From positions 310,001-374,000 of the forward strand of contig JAPETS010000028.1 in the NCBI GenBank assembly GCA_026023565.1: a stretch of 64,000 bases of DNA. Direction: 5' to 3'. Shown piece after piece: positions 26,401 to 39,910 of this stretch. Below the pieces are notes generated by a model that saw only the letters and a program-made list of their open reading frames with translations, did no database searches and was not told the DNA's origin. The position numbers and the translations under genes are program-made. The DNA comes from Cirrosporium novae-zelandiae (lineage: Eukaryota). Position 1 is the first letter of the stretch, and the number at the start of each line of letters is the position of its first letter.

Positions 26401-29400
26401 GCAGATCACCAGTTCTATGGCTGGCATTGTCTCTGACTCTACTTTCAATGATGCTCAGATACAGGCCATGTCTGGTGGTCGATTATTACAGTCACAGACC
26501 ATGCTACAACTTCTTGACAAACGACATGAGTCCAAGCCGTCAGCTCGCCGACTGATGCGGGCATTGACCGAGCCAAAATTAGCTGGTCAACTTCTTGTAT
26601 CTATTGCTCAACATCGTCAGACCTGTATCTTTAAGGTTCCGGAGCCCGATGCACATCTTAAACTTCTAGGTAATCTTTTTGATCAGATCCACCGTGTTCT
26701 GATCCAATATCTCGACCTCCTTCGAAGTAACCTAACCGTCAAAGAATTCGATCAGCTAGTGCCTGACGTCGTACAATTGATATCTGACTTCGGGCTTGAG
26801 CCCAACGTGGCTTTCTGGCTGAGCAGGCCAAGTATCACCCAGGAAATGAGTGAAATGGATAAAGTCAGTATAGAACAGACCGAAGTGCCAGAACCTAAGT
26901 CTCCAATGAAAAGCGAAGGTCCTGATGCCGGACAAATTGAAGAGAGAGATATCAAACCAGAAGATGCTTCCTCGTCAGACTCTGGAGAGGAGCTCTCTAC
27001 ATCCAATGCGGGTACAGATAGCAAGACATCAGTCAATGGCGACATACAAATGAAAGATGTGGAAGAAGAATTAGATAGTGCTGCAACTACCGATACACCC
27101 AAATCTAAGCCCGAGCCATGGCATCCTGTCCTTAAACGTCTTATGGATAAACTGCATGCTGCATTGCCCGAGGAAACATGGACCAATCTAAGCGATTCGT
27201 TTTATGTTACCTTCTGGCAGCTTTCACTATACGACATACAAGTCCCTTCGAAATCTTATGAGGACGAGATCGAGCGCCAGAAAAAGCGGGCGCTCGAAAT
27301 AGCTCGAGATAAGACGGATGTGAGCGCAGCAGGACATAGAAGAAGGCAGGCCGAACGAGAACAGTGTAATGGGCTTCAAAAAGATCTTCTGGCAGAAAAT
27401 AAGCACCATCTTCAGGACAATATTCAAACCAAGACTAGGCTTGGAAAAGAGAAAGAGCACTGGTTTTCTGGTTTTTGGGGAAAATTCGACGCACTCAATG
27501 TCGCGATAATGGAGCATTGCTTCTTCCCACGAATGCTTCTATCACCGATGGATGCGCTATATACTTTCAAGATGCTTAAGTATCTTCACTCCTCTGGAAC
27601 CCCGAACTTCAGGACCATGGGTCTCATTGATCTTCTATTCCGAGAAAAGAGGTTAACATCGTTGATGTTCTTGTGTACTTCAAAGGAGGCGGAAAACTTT
27701 GGGAGATTCCTCAATGAGGTACTGAAGGATCTTGACCGATGGCATAAAGATAAGAAAATCTATGAAAGGGAGGCTTTCGGTACGAAGAAGGATTTGCCTG
27801 GTTTCGCCAGAAGAATCAATCAGGACGGAACTATTGAATCGTTTCTGGATTACGAAGAATTCCGTCGGTTACTGTACAAGTGGCATCGCTATTTAAACGC
27901 CGCCTTGAAATCTTGTCTTAGAGGTGGAGAATACATGCATATCCGGAATGCAATCATTGTCCTAAAAGCCGTTCACCAATACTTCCCGGCTGTCAACTTT
28001 ATGGGCAAGGAGACTTTCCAGAGTATCACCGATTTAAGTAAAAGTGAAAGCAGGGAAGACCTTAAGATTGCAGCAATGTCATTAATGGGCAATTTGAAGA
28101 AGCGAGAGAGTCTATGGGTCTTACCACATGCCTTTAACATAGTGAGTACGAACCAATTTAACCTACTTTATCCCATCTAACAATCCTCGATTCAGATCGA
28201 CCAGCCTGCGAACGGGCAGAGATCTAGCTCCACACGCCCAGGGACTCCTAAGACGTCTTCCAGCGCATGTAAACCTCTTAACGCCGGGGCGACCGAGTTC
28301 AAGCCCGGGGTTCAAGCGAAGTGAGTCGTCATTATCCAACACTTCGCCATCCTGATTCTGATAGTCCTTAGTGCCAACGAAAATTCAAACCAAAGCAAAT
28401 CCCAACTGGAAGGTGGCGAGGACGGTGAAATTAAAGACATCAAGATGGATGATGTTCACGTAACCACTGAGAACAATGATGTCAATGGAACTGCCAAGGA
28501 GACCGTGAAGCCTGATACTGATGCATTTAAGAAAGAGCAAAATAAGTTTGAGCACCGCTCTAAAAGAAGCGGTGTGTCGGAAGAGAGGTCAACATCGAAT
28601 CCTCCAAATCCTACAGAAAAGGCAGAAGGGCCTGTCAGGTCGCAGCCTGAATCTATCAAATCTGATAGCATCAAACGTGAACCGCAAAATTCTTCCCAAA
28701 GCAACATACCACCAAGGCCAGATATTACAAGGAACTCATCGTCCGGCATGCGATCACAACAACACACTCTCCCAAGTCGACCAGAGACACGACCACTAAG
28801 ACCGTTTGACAACAGATCTTTACCCCCTCCTCCTATTGACCATAGACGCGACGGAAGAGACACTAGAGATATTCGGTCGAGCAATGAGTATGGCCGACTT
28901 GAAAGACCCAATATTCCTCATGAGAGGCCACTGCTTCACCCTGGACCCCCACCTTACCTTGACTCAAGGTCCGATCGGCCGCCTTATGGTGATAGAGACC
29001 GATTTGAGCCAACCAGAGGTAAAGACTGGCTGCCCGATGATCACCATAACAGACCTAGCCATCGCGAGCTCCGGCCCCCATCAAGAGAGGCTGACTTGCC
29101 AGACCGACCTCCACCAAGATATAGACCTCCACATGAGGCTAATCCGAGTATGAGGAGTAGTGAATTGCCGCTTCCTAGAGATAGTATGCCTCCACCCCGA
29201 CAGGGTATGGCACCACATCCTGACAGAATGGCCAATATCCAAGCACAACCTCATCCCGCAAGAGCCGCCCTTATAGAAAGGAGTGAGCATGAGCATAGAC
29301 CAGACTTCGGTAGACGTGAACCAGATGACCGCAGAACCAAATCTTCTCGTCCTTCGTCTCCTAGTAGGGGAGATTCTCGAACTGTCCCCCGATACGACGA

Positions 29401-30877
29401 CAGGCGGAATGAAAGAGCCCCCTTTGATGATCGGAGAAGCGCTCGAGAACAACTATTTGGCCCGTCATCGCGACCCGACGAGACGAGCCTTCCAAGTGGG
29501 CCGAGGAACGACAGAACTACAGGTCCCATGCCGAGAGATTACGACAGGGAGCCACCAAGAGCCAGTCCGTCGAATTTGCCACCCAGAGATATAAACCATG
29601 GTCGTCTAAATCAGGACTTCAACTTTGGTGGACGCTCGCAAGATGTACCGCAGACCAATTCAAATCCTAACACTGTGGAAATCCCACACGGCCCCCGCGG
29701 TAGGAATACCCCCCGTAATGGACGGAATGCTCCTATGCCAATGAACCCTCCGGTTAATACGCAACGCAATCAACCTCCTGCACAAGCTCCTGCGCCCTCT
29801 CCAAGTGGACCCGAGCGTCAACCTCCCACCGGACCATCTTCTACAAGAGGTGGCCCAAGGGATATATCCTCAACATCGAGTACGTTAAGTCAATCACCAG
29901 ACACTGCTGGTATACATCCTGATCGCCTAAAAGCACTCCAGCAAGCGTCCCCCAGTAATCCACGATATCCAAATTCATCGCAAGGTCATCCACACCATAG
30001 CTCAGCCCCAAACAACCCATCGCCTCTCTCTACGGCTGCTCCACCCTCGGGTCCGAGAGGCTTAAACGTACCGCCTAGTCCCCTACCCAGCTCCCCGAGC
30101 TCACGAAATCCTCCTCCCGGGCCCTCCTTCCCCAACGAACGCGGTCCTCGGGGCGATAAGCGCTTCGCCGGCATTCAAAATGTCCTTCAGCAAAACAACG
30201 ACGTGGGTCGTGGCACCAATATCCGCGGTCGCGCAAGCCGTCAAAATAGCCTTAATATCCACACGCCCACAAATTCCGTTCCTCCAACCCCATCCACAAG
30301 ACCTGAAGCCGCATTCGCAAATCGTGCCGACCTCTTTGCTGATCACCCAGGCACCCCGCCTCCACAACCCAGAGATGATACACCTTCAAGTCGCGGTGGG
30401 AGGAGAGATGGAGATCGTGACCGTGACCGTGGAGATCGTGAGGGAGGTGAGCACAGGTCTAGCCGTCGTGGTGGAGGGGAAAGCAGTCGATCGCATAGTC
30501 AAGATCACAGCACTCCAGGACGCTGGGAAGAGGAACCTCGGTCCTCCTCGCGTCGTGAGCCCCGTGGTGATGAGCGTAGTGAACGCAGACGTGGTACTGA
30601 CAGTGGACGAAACAGTGAGCGTGATGACCGGGAACCCAGACGAAGTGGACGCACAGATGATTCAAGACGCAAGGAGCGAAGAGAGGAGTACGAGCGTGGT
30701 GGGAGGGGCACAGTAGGAGTTTCAACTCTCGGTAGTGGTGAGGAAGAGAGACAATGGAACGGTGAACGACGAGAGGAAAGGGAAAGGAGGGATGGTGGCA
30801 GCGGCAGAAAGAGGGGAAGAGGTGGGGATGATTCAGGACTACAGATTGAGGGTAAAAGACCCAGGCGGGGAAATTGA
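23426..30877 (+). CDS. THO2: THO complex subunit 2 (exons 23426-28141, 28196-28320, 28372-30877)
   Basis: YRQSNYNLLREETEGYSKL, IGAFDLDVGRALD, QIESYDNL, FYVTFWQLSLYDI and EYMHIRNAIIVL. Long Pro/Arg/Asp low-complexity tail. Confidence 0.96.
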
Positions 30878-31779
30878 AACAATGGTTTCAGCGCAGGCGT
30901 CGGGCTATATTTCTTTTGACATGCATATTTTTGGGTGTCCTTGGAGGTGGTTTGTCATTTTTTTCCCTTTTCTTTTTCCTGTCATGCGATATGAGCAGAG
31001 GCTATGTACCACCCCTTCTTTTCTATTCTCCTTTTCGGAGACCTTATTAGATTTTAACACCTGGTGGAGGAATGGGGGACAATTACCCAGAGAGGTACAT
31101 TTATCAAAAGAAGAGAAGAGTCGGGGGGGGATGGAATGGAATGGAGGAGTGAGAAGGGAGATGTCCATGGAATCTACTATTACGAGAAGGAAAAGAAAGG
31201 AGGGGAAAACATTCCATCCATAATATCTTTTTCTTCCTCTTCCTCTTCTACTCCTGCTTCTTACTTTTTCTCTTTCCCCTTTTTTTTTATTTTAATTTTT
31301 TTTTCAATTCCGTGTGTTTATTAATGTCGTCCGTTGATAATTAAAAAAAGACAAAGACACACGTTTGTAAATGTTTGACTAAGGACCTAGGTTACGTAGG
31401 TAGAGAGGGGGTAGTGGGAGGGAGAGAGATACTGATTGGGTGGATGGGTGGGTGTTACTGACTAGGTACCTAGGGAGGTATTACAGTAATTAAGTAGATA
31501 ACCGCCCAGTTATCCCCCCTTCAACTTATCCCTATAATTTGTTTACTTGGTTTTTTGTTTGTTTTGTTATTCGCATCGATTCTTCAAATGGTCTCGATAC
31601 ACTCACTATCTGTGTAGAAGAGAGAAAAAAAACCCTATAAAAACGCCCCAGTCCAACCAAATTCCTAATTCATCATGAAAGATAGGTAGGTAGATGGGTA
31701 GAAAAAACCATCATCAATGTCCCCTTTTTTGTTGTTTTCTTTTCATTCGTACATAAGTACCGTAGCAAGAAAAAAAATT

Positions 31780-33008
31780 TCATAGAATAATCTTGGAAGC
31801 CACACTAAGCAACCATGCAACATCTCTCCAACTGCCCTCTTCTCCTTCTTCCAAACGAGGAACCTCCACGATCCCCTCCGTCGAAGTGAAATCAGGTCTG
31901 CGCTCATTTTCTCGACGCCTCCTTCGCTTTCTTGCTTCGTTGGTCTCGCCTCTTGCGCCGTCCAAGGGCAGGGGGGCGGAAGATGATGCGACCTCGTTTT
32001 CGTTCTCATCGTTGTCGGGGTCGTCGTCGTCGACTTTAAAGAGGGAGAAGTTGAAGAAGCTATCGATTACCGAGGAGAGCCCGTAGGAGGAATTGGAGCG
32101 GAAGATTGAGGATCGCAGGTCGGATTCGTCGACTTCAGATTCCGAGGATTCCGAGAGGTCGTCGCCATTTACCTCTGCAAAAGATTCGGTGAGCTCATTC
32201 GGCTCTACGAAGTCGGGTGACAGGGTTGTCATGTCCCCAGTCATGGATGCTCTCCTGCTCCGAACTTTCGGTGTCCTCGTCCCGTCAAATGAGGCCCCTG
32301 TGTTGCTGTATGTATATGTCATTCCGAGCCCCAAGCCTGTTCGGCTCGATCGTCTTGACTGTCTACCGCTATGGCTTGCCCGGGCATGGGGTCGGCTACG
32401 ATCAAACGAGCTCCGGCGTGACATTGAAAATGATGTCACGGGGCTCAATTCATCATCGGCGACATGTCCAGTAGCAGTGGATGTATTACTGGGGAGGTGA
32501 AAATTATGGCGAGGAGTTTGGAATGGGGTTTCGTAGATCTCATCATCAACCAAGGACGTGGACGAGGAGCGCGTAGCGAGCCAGCTTTGCCCTTTTGATT
32601 CTGCTGTCCCCTGTGAAAGGGCCAGGCCGGTTAGGTGTAGCCATTCGCTATCAGAGCGGGTGGGTCGTTTAGGTCTGGTTTGGTGCTGGCCATTCTGGGG
32701 GTGGTTGTTGTGGGGGTGAGCAATCGATTTGTGGGGGTGCACGGATGGGGAAAAGTAGTCTTGGTGAAACGAGCGGCGATTGGAGCGGAGGGCCGTATGA
32801 GATGGTGAGCGAGAGAGTATGGAGGGGGTTTGTGGAACAGAACGAGCCTGCAGGTAGGATGTCGAGAGGGAGGTAGGGATTGAGGAGGTTATTATGAGGT
32901 TGTGTTTAGGTTGTTGCTGGGGCTGATGCGGGGAACTGGTCTGGATGATAGGATGTTAGCTCAACGTCCCCTATCCGAAACAAAACAATAAGCATTGCTC
33001 ACCTCCAT
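31780..33008 (-). CDS. Conserved fungal protein, DUF3984-like (exons 33008-33003, 32940-31780)
   Basis: ATG GAG|gtgagc...ctaac...ccag splice. Motifs SYLQARSVPQTPSILSRS, SDSEWL, ESKGQSWLATRSSSTSL and C-terminal WRDVAWLLSVASK. Confidence 0.75.
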
Positions 33009-33710
33009 GATGGATAGAGACAACAGGCTTCCTTGAAACACTTAATATATAGAAGAATTGAAAGGTCTGAGGTAGAATGCAAATCCAGTTAATGGAGAGG
33101 AGAGAAGTGATGGGGTCTAGAGAGGGTGATAGTGGTTTGATATTTGGCTATCTCCTTGACTTGGGGGTGAGGGATGACGGACCTAATTAGACTATTTAAT
33201 TACTTGGTTGGTACTGTAATGTACGTACTGTACATTAATTAACCTTCGCTTTCACATGCTCCTCTTTCTAGAACTCCGCACTCTATCCCCCAAAATCCAA
33301 CCCCAACTTCAACTTCAACTTCAAAACAAAAAATCCCTTTGGATTTTCACATCTCCAAATCTTCATATCTTCAAACTTTTCAGCCCAGCCCTAACGACGA
33401 CGATCTTACTGATATTCACCTTCTACTTTTAAAGTACCTTACGCAACAGCAAAATTAAAACTACGCGTTTCACATCTTGGCTTACCACGAGGTAGCACAC
33501 CCGGATGGATTCAAGGGGGCAATAAGGTAAATTTACCAGAGGATTACTTTTCTGTAGGTTCAACCAAGCCACGAGGTGCAATTGACTTTTAAACCCTGTC
33601 CTATTCCCCATTCCAATGGCATTGCTCGTCACGAACTCCCATCTCTTGAATCACACGGAACCACACGCACTCAAACTTTTGGGTATCTCAAATCGGAGTA
33701 GTCGTTCATT

Positions 33711-34811
33711 CTAGTCTATTTTGCCCTTGTTGACGATAAATCCTTCAATGGCAGCAATAGCAGCCCAAAGTCTGTTTTCAGCTTCGGGAAATACAAGGGA
33801 GCGAGGCCCATAGAAAACCTCGTCGCTCACTTCGTCAGGATGTCGTGGCAGACAATGCATAAATCTCCATCCTTCTTTTGCGCCACCTCTTTTCGCAAGC
33901 TCGGACGTAATCTGGAACCCTGAAAATGCTTTTAATCTTTTAGCCTTCTCCTCTTCCTGGCCCATAGAGACCCAAGTGTCCGTCACTAGAATATCTGCGT
34001 CTCTGACAGCTTCTTCGGGAATCGTAGTCTCAATCAACTTTGAAGAACTTTGTGCATCGGTCTTTGCTTGCTGGATTATGCTTTTCATATTTTCTGGGAT
34101 TTGGTAGCCTTCAGGAGTTGCAACTGCAATATCCGCCCCGAGCTTCATAGCACTAATAGCCATATCGAAAAGCACATTATTAGCATCTCCAATCCAGGCA
34201 ATCTTCAGACCTTCTAAACCCTGGCCGCCCTTCAAAGATGCAGATGCAGAAGGAGTAGGATTCCATTGAAAGGCTTCGTGTATTGTCAAGAAATCAGCAA
34301 TTGCCTGAGTAGGATGGTATAGATCAGATAATGCATTTATGACAGGAACGGTAGAGTGTTTTGCTAAATTCGCGACATCTGAATGAGGTCCAACTCGAGC
34401 AACAATACCAGCAGACATGGAAGAGATGACCACAGCAGTATCGTAAAGCGACTCATTTACACCCAATTGGATATCTTCTTTACCCAAAAACATTGGATGT
34501 CCACCCATTGTAATCACAGCTCCTTCGGTAGACACCCGTGTCCTGGTACTACGCTTGCTAAAAGTCATGGCAATAGTTTTACCATTGAGGGCACCCAATA
34601 GGTTCTTAGGTATTGACCCAGACTTAATGGCTTGCTTATGAGAGTAGGCATTTCGAATGAGGGTTTTGAACTCGGCAGGGGATAGGTCTGCTATTGAAAG
34701 GAGATGTCGAGGGGCGAATGGAGAGGTTGAAGGTGTGGAAGGTGTTGAGTAGTATCGCACCGAGGGTCTAGACAGGCTTCGCAGAGCTGTTAATGTTGGT
34801 CGTAACTTCAT
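33711..34811 (-). CDS. ARG3: Ornithine carbamoyltransferase, mitochondrial (single exon)
   Basis: FSKRSTRTR, HPTQAIAD, TDTWVSMG, FMHCLP and FPEAENR, with a mitochondrial presequence. Confidence 0.98.
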   Translation of the reverse strand: MKLRPTLTALRSLSRPSVRYYSTPSTPSTSPFAPRHLLSIADLSPAEFKTLIRNAYSHKQAIKSGSIPKNLLGALNGKTIAMTFSKRSTRTRVSTEGAVITMGGHPMFLGKEDIQLGVNESLYDTAVVISSMSAGIVARVGPHSDVANLAKHSTVPVINALSDLYHPTQAIADFLTIHEAFQWNPTPSASASLKGGQGLEGLKIAWIGDANNVLFDMAISAMKLGADIAVATPEGYQIPENMKSIIQQAKTDAQSSSKLIETTIPEEAVRDADILVTDTWVSMGQEEEKAKRLKAFSGFQITSELAKRGGAKEGWRFMHCLPRHPDEVSDEVFYGPRSLVFPEAENRLWAAIAAIEGFIVNKGKID

Positions 34812-34987
34812 GTTGAAGGGTAGATATTCAGGTGTTATAAATAATTAACTAGTGTGAAGAGGAATTAGATCAATTGAATCCAGATATAGCTTTGTGAAAG
34901 AATTGGAAGAGTTGGAAAAATTGGGCTTAAAAAGAAAGCAAAGATTGTTCAAGACATGACTATGACTGTAGCTTGGGTCGTCATTAT

Positions 34988-34994
34988 TGAGTCA
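34988..34994. promoter_or_regulatory. Gcn4/CpcA element TGAGTCA upstream of ARG3
   Basis: Perfect site about 177 nt upstream of the ARG3 ATG, with extra TGACT half-sites at about 34957-34968. Confidence 0.7.
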
Positions 34995-35655
34995 CTCATT
35001 GGTTCCTCCGATGATGTTCCGTATATCGAGAGACGGGTGTTGTTATTGGTTATACCGTTATACCGTTATACCAACCCCCTGGATTAATTGCCGAGGTACA
35101 GTACCACGTGAGTACCTATGAATATATTTAAGAACTTTGAAGAGTTGGATAATAAGATAATATTTGCAAAGAATGAGCCTTTAAATTACGATGCTTATAA
35201 CAATAATGATAATAATGTTATCATCATTATATAAATCATAGAGAGCTGGTTGACTACTTTGGTACTATACAGGTGTTTGGGCCTTACCAAGTGGCGGCAT
35301 ATTAGTGGGGTTCATCCGATAGTCATCATCCGCGCTATCCATCCACTATCCACCGCACCATCGCCCTGGTGGTACCATTCGATCCTTTCCATACCTCAAC
35401 TGCATCATGTACTCTGTGTAGCTCCTCCCTTGCCAGAGTACTCTCCCAACAGCTACTTCATCTCTACATATCTACTTCTCTACATCCCAACCATATCCAT
35501 CTTCCTTGTCAGTACAAATTACTCTTCTTGCATACTGCATAGCTATTTTGTTGCTGCGTTGTCGATTATCGTTCATGGCGTAGGCTTTACACCTCAACCA
35601 TCGTTATCGCCTCTGTACTCCATATTCCCATACTCTATTCTAAATTACCGTCGCT

Positions 35656-38600
35656 ATGTCTGATAGTCCCGCTTCTCCACTCCTGGGAGCGGAGACCTCC
35701 CAAGAGCCTTCTCGTCCACGCTCCAAATCATCCAAACATTCTTTTCGATCTGGCTTTTCTAGAGAATCACGTGAAATTGGCGAAACCACCCCTCTCCTCC
35801 CCACAAACGATCACGATGCACGCAGCCTACGACCGCCGAACCGATCTAATGATTCCAACGCTGAAACCGCTTTAAGATGGGTTCAGGGGGGGGGAGAATT
35901 GTCCAACCCAAAGAAACCTCGAAGATGGCCTTCCTTCGTTGCTTTGACAATACTTTGTTTAGTTGCAATAGTTATAATGTGTTTGGGATTTGCTGCTCCA
36001 GAAGTTGTACAGGAATATTCAAAAGAAGCAGTTGTTTTTGAGCCCACAGGTCTTTCTATAGACTCTTTTACGGCCTCTGGGGTTAAAGCTAGAGTACAGG
36101 GGACATTTTCATTTGACGCTTCCCGAGTTCATAAGAAGCCTGTGAGAGAGCTGGGTCGAGCTGGAACGTGGATTGCAAGGGAGGTTGAATCGAAGGAATC
36201 GGAGCTCGAGATATACCTACCAGAATATGGAAACCTCGTCTTGGGCAAGGCGACGATCCCTCCTATTAAGGTCAACGTGCGGAATGGCCATAAGAATCAC
36301 CTCGACTTCGTAGCCCACTTGCAGCCCGGTGACGCGGATAGTATTAGACATATCATACATGATTGGATTCATGGAAGATTGGCACAACTGCACATCAAGG
36401 GGACTGCAATAGTTCCACTTCGATCCGGTATATTTAGTCTTGGAACACAGCTTATATCCGAGTCTCTCATTTTCAAAGGTCTGTCAATTTTTCATCCCTT
36501 GACACTGCTTAATAGTAGCAATGTTAGATCAAGTTATAACGACTTAATTACTTTTCCGATCATATTTTAAGGTCTTTGTTTCAAAATCTACTTGGTTTAT
36601 TTTATCCTACATTGGTTACTATTATACTTTTATCCTTAAGGTGCTACTGCTAACAAACTTGCGGTAACAGGCAAAGATATCCCAGCTATGCCCCAATACA
36701 ACATTACCAAAGTTCTCTTCCACGAGGTCGGGCTACCCAATGGGCCCAAAGGCATGGCGGCCGATGTCTCGGTCGATATATCGAATCATTATCCTGTCAA
36801 ATTATTCATTCCTCCACTAGCCTTTGCTATCCTTGTGCCAAATTGCTCTCCTTCTGAACCCTATCTTTTACTAGCGGATGCAACAACGGATGAAATTCAT
36901 GTTGAACCAAAGAAAGATATTGGGGTTGAAGTGGGAGGTTTTGTTCGCAAATTGCCCGACACGTTGACCACTACCTGTCCGAATTCTAATTCATCACCTT
37001 TGGATTCATTATTGGCCAACTACATCAAGGGAGATGATACTACGATTTACGTCAGGGGTTCGAACAAACCGTCAGCCGATACACCAGATTGGATAGTGGA
37101 TCTCATGAGTAGTATGACTGTCCCTATCACCATGCGAGGTCATACCTTTGAAGGCCTTATCAAGAAATTTTCGTTAGACAATGTTCATTTTAGTCTTCCG
37201 GATCCTTTTGCTGAACCTGATACACCTGAATCAAACCCAAGAGTCTCTGCTATTATCAAGGCGGTTGTTGGTCTTCCGAAGGAAATGAATTTTGCTGTTA
37301 ATGTGACCAAAGTTAGAGCAGATGCCGATGTGTTCTATGAAGGCAAGAAACTTGGTTATTTGAATCTCCACAAATGGCAAAAGGCCAACTCTACACGGAT
37401 AGATGGTCCAGAAAACCAACCACCGGAATTAGAAGTTGAGTCACAAGTGAAGGATGCACCTCTCGAGATAACAGATCAGGATGTTTTCACCGATGTTATA
37501 CAGCAAATCCTTTTCAAGGGCAGAAATGTGACACTAGATATCAAAGCCGCAGTGGATGTAAAGACAGATACGGCATTGGGGACGTTTGTGGTACGGGAAA
37601 TACCTGCCGAGGGCAAGGTTCCAGTACACCGTTAGTAGACTTCGTTCTGCTTCTTTTTTTCTTATTACTATTACGATATTCTTATGAACCTACAAAGTGC
37701 GACTCACCAATCAATAGAAATAATTGTTGAAGGCCCCAAAGACTGTTTTCTTTTTTTCTCTGGGAATATGTGTTTTCTATGAACTACTTTAGAAAAACGA
37801 TATTTACTGATGTTTCGTGCTGTGCTCTAGCCATGACTGGCGGCGGCAAAGGAGGTCACAAAGGTTCCGACCTTTTCAAATTCCTTAACCCACACGTCAA
37901 TTCCTTAGAAATCCTCGAAACAACCCGAACTTCGATTTTACTACAGGCACAATTGAATCTCTCAAATCCCACGCCCTACACTGCAACTGTTCCCTATGCA
38001 AGCATCAACTTCCTCAACAACAATACTATTCTTGGACATGCCACAGTCAAGAATCTAGATTTAAAGCAGGGGAACAATACGGATGTCACAGTACAAATAC
38101 TTTGGGATCCTAGGAAGCTAAGCGGGGATAAAGGCGTCCAAGTAGGCAGGGATTTTATAAGCCAGTACATCAGTGGATGGAATACCAGTTTAACACTAAG
38201 GACCTCAAACGCCACGCTTCCTTCTCTCCCCGTACTGGGCGATGCCTTATCCCTCTTTCCTATTGAGCTCCCAACACCAAGATTAAAGTCCCCTAAGTCA
38301 CCTAATGACGACGACGATCCCGATGGCGATGATCCAGACTCGGACGACTCCCCTCACTTCATCGAAAGTGCAACGATGCACCTCTTCTCTAGCACCGCTC
38401 AATTCGTTATCCTCTCTCCTCTTCGCCACACATCAATCTTGCTCACACACATCAATGCAACAGCGCTCTACAAATCTCCTGAAACGAATGTCACGCACCC
38501 TGTCGGCCGCATATTATATGAATACCCGTTGAATGTCCCACCGGGTAGGAGTGAGACGCCTAAGTTGCCTGTAGAATGGAGCCTGGGCGGTGTGGGGTAT

Positions 38601-38738
38601 GATGCCGTGAAGCGCGCACTGGGGGGTGATTTGAAGTTGGATGCGAGGGCGGAGGTTGGGGTGAGGATTGGGAGGTGGGAAACTGAAGGTGGTGTGTGGT
38701 TTGTTGGAAGAGGGTTGGGGGTTAGGGTGAGACTGTAG
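35656..38738 (+). CDS. Tag1/DUF3712-like single-pass membrane protein (exons 35656-36478, 36671-37630, 37831-38738)
   Basis: ETTPLL dileucine-like motif, one transmembrane segment, then repeated beta-rich (LEA_2/DUF3712-like) units. Both introns restore the frame. Confidence 0.8.
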
Positions 38739-39822
38739 GGAGTGGAATGGGAGAACTGCACTGGATCCCATGCCTAGACCCTTGATAGCTTAAGGCACAG
38801 AGAGGGTACATTTACGGATTATTTTTTTTATTCAAGGTGGCGAAATAAGGGGACGGGATGTAAATCAATGGATCGATAGGTGGGTGGCGTTTTCCGCTCG
38901 CTGGCTTTCGCATTTGAAAGAATGAGTTACCTACGTTATGAATATGGAATGGTTTTGGGATTGGTTATGATGGATACGGATGGCTGGATACGCAGATGGA
39001 TAAGCAGAGTAACACTCTCTTGCCTTCTCTTTATAGAAGATGGATGAACGAATATCCAATAAATATATACATATATACAACCAAAAAAACTCAATTGATA
39101 TCTATATTCTTAGCACAATCCGCGCAACAAACATACATAGCTTGGTTAAATCCCCAGTCTCAGTCCAGTTCAATCAATACACAAACACACACACTCGGTT
39201 CTTGGTGATTCATGAATGGACGGATGGGACTTGATAATTAGAGTAGAGCAAAGTAGAGGTGATGAATAAATAAATAATGTATATAGCTATGGGATGGGAG
39301 GACTGTGGGTATGAGATGGTAAAGAAAAGTGGCAAGTGATATTGTAGGTTGACATGACATGGGACTGCAGAATGAAGAAACACTATTACATATATTGCAT
39401 GGTTGTTTGATTGCTTGATTACTAGATGGTTTTTCTCGTATGGTGTGTATAAGAGGAGGGGAGGGGAGGGGAGGATAGGCAGCGCGAAAGAGATAGGGAG
39501 AGAGCGTGCGTGTATGTAAAAGAACCAGACAGAAAACACAAATATAATTAATTAGACTACTAGGTATCTAATTCATGATCAACTTCCTCCTCCTCCTCCC
39601 CCCTATCTACCTACCCACCTCTCTATCTACCCCTCTCCCTCCTTCTCTCCCAAGATAATAAATATAGTCCAATGACAATGATAATTTACATCAACATCCA
39701 TAGATATACATTTATACATTTATATATACCTCCCAACCTTAGACGCCCTTTTTCAAAAACACGACATAGTAAAGTCTAAAATCTGTATCTAAATCCATCA
39801 TTTATCTACCCCATTCCATCCC

Positions 39823-39858
39823 ATCCACATCCACATCCACATCCACATCCACATCCAC
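39823..39858. repeat. (CCACAT)n hexamer microsatellite
   Basis: About 6 tandem copies of atccac. Confidence 0.9.
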
Positions 39859-39910
39859 AACAACTCAACCCAAGCGCCACCATAATTCCAAATTCCCCAA
39901 TTACCCCATA

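Noticed and set aside
36479..37830. Two introns of about 200 nt in the Tag1-like gene as snoRNA hosts or stwintrons
   Set aside because: I found no convincing C/D or H/ACA boxes and no nested consensus donor by eye. An Infernal/Rfam scan would settle the snoRNA question.
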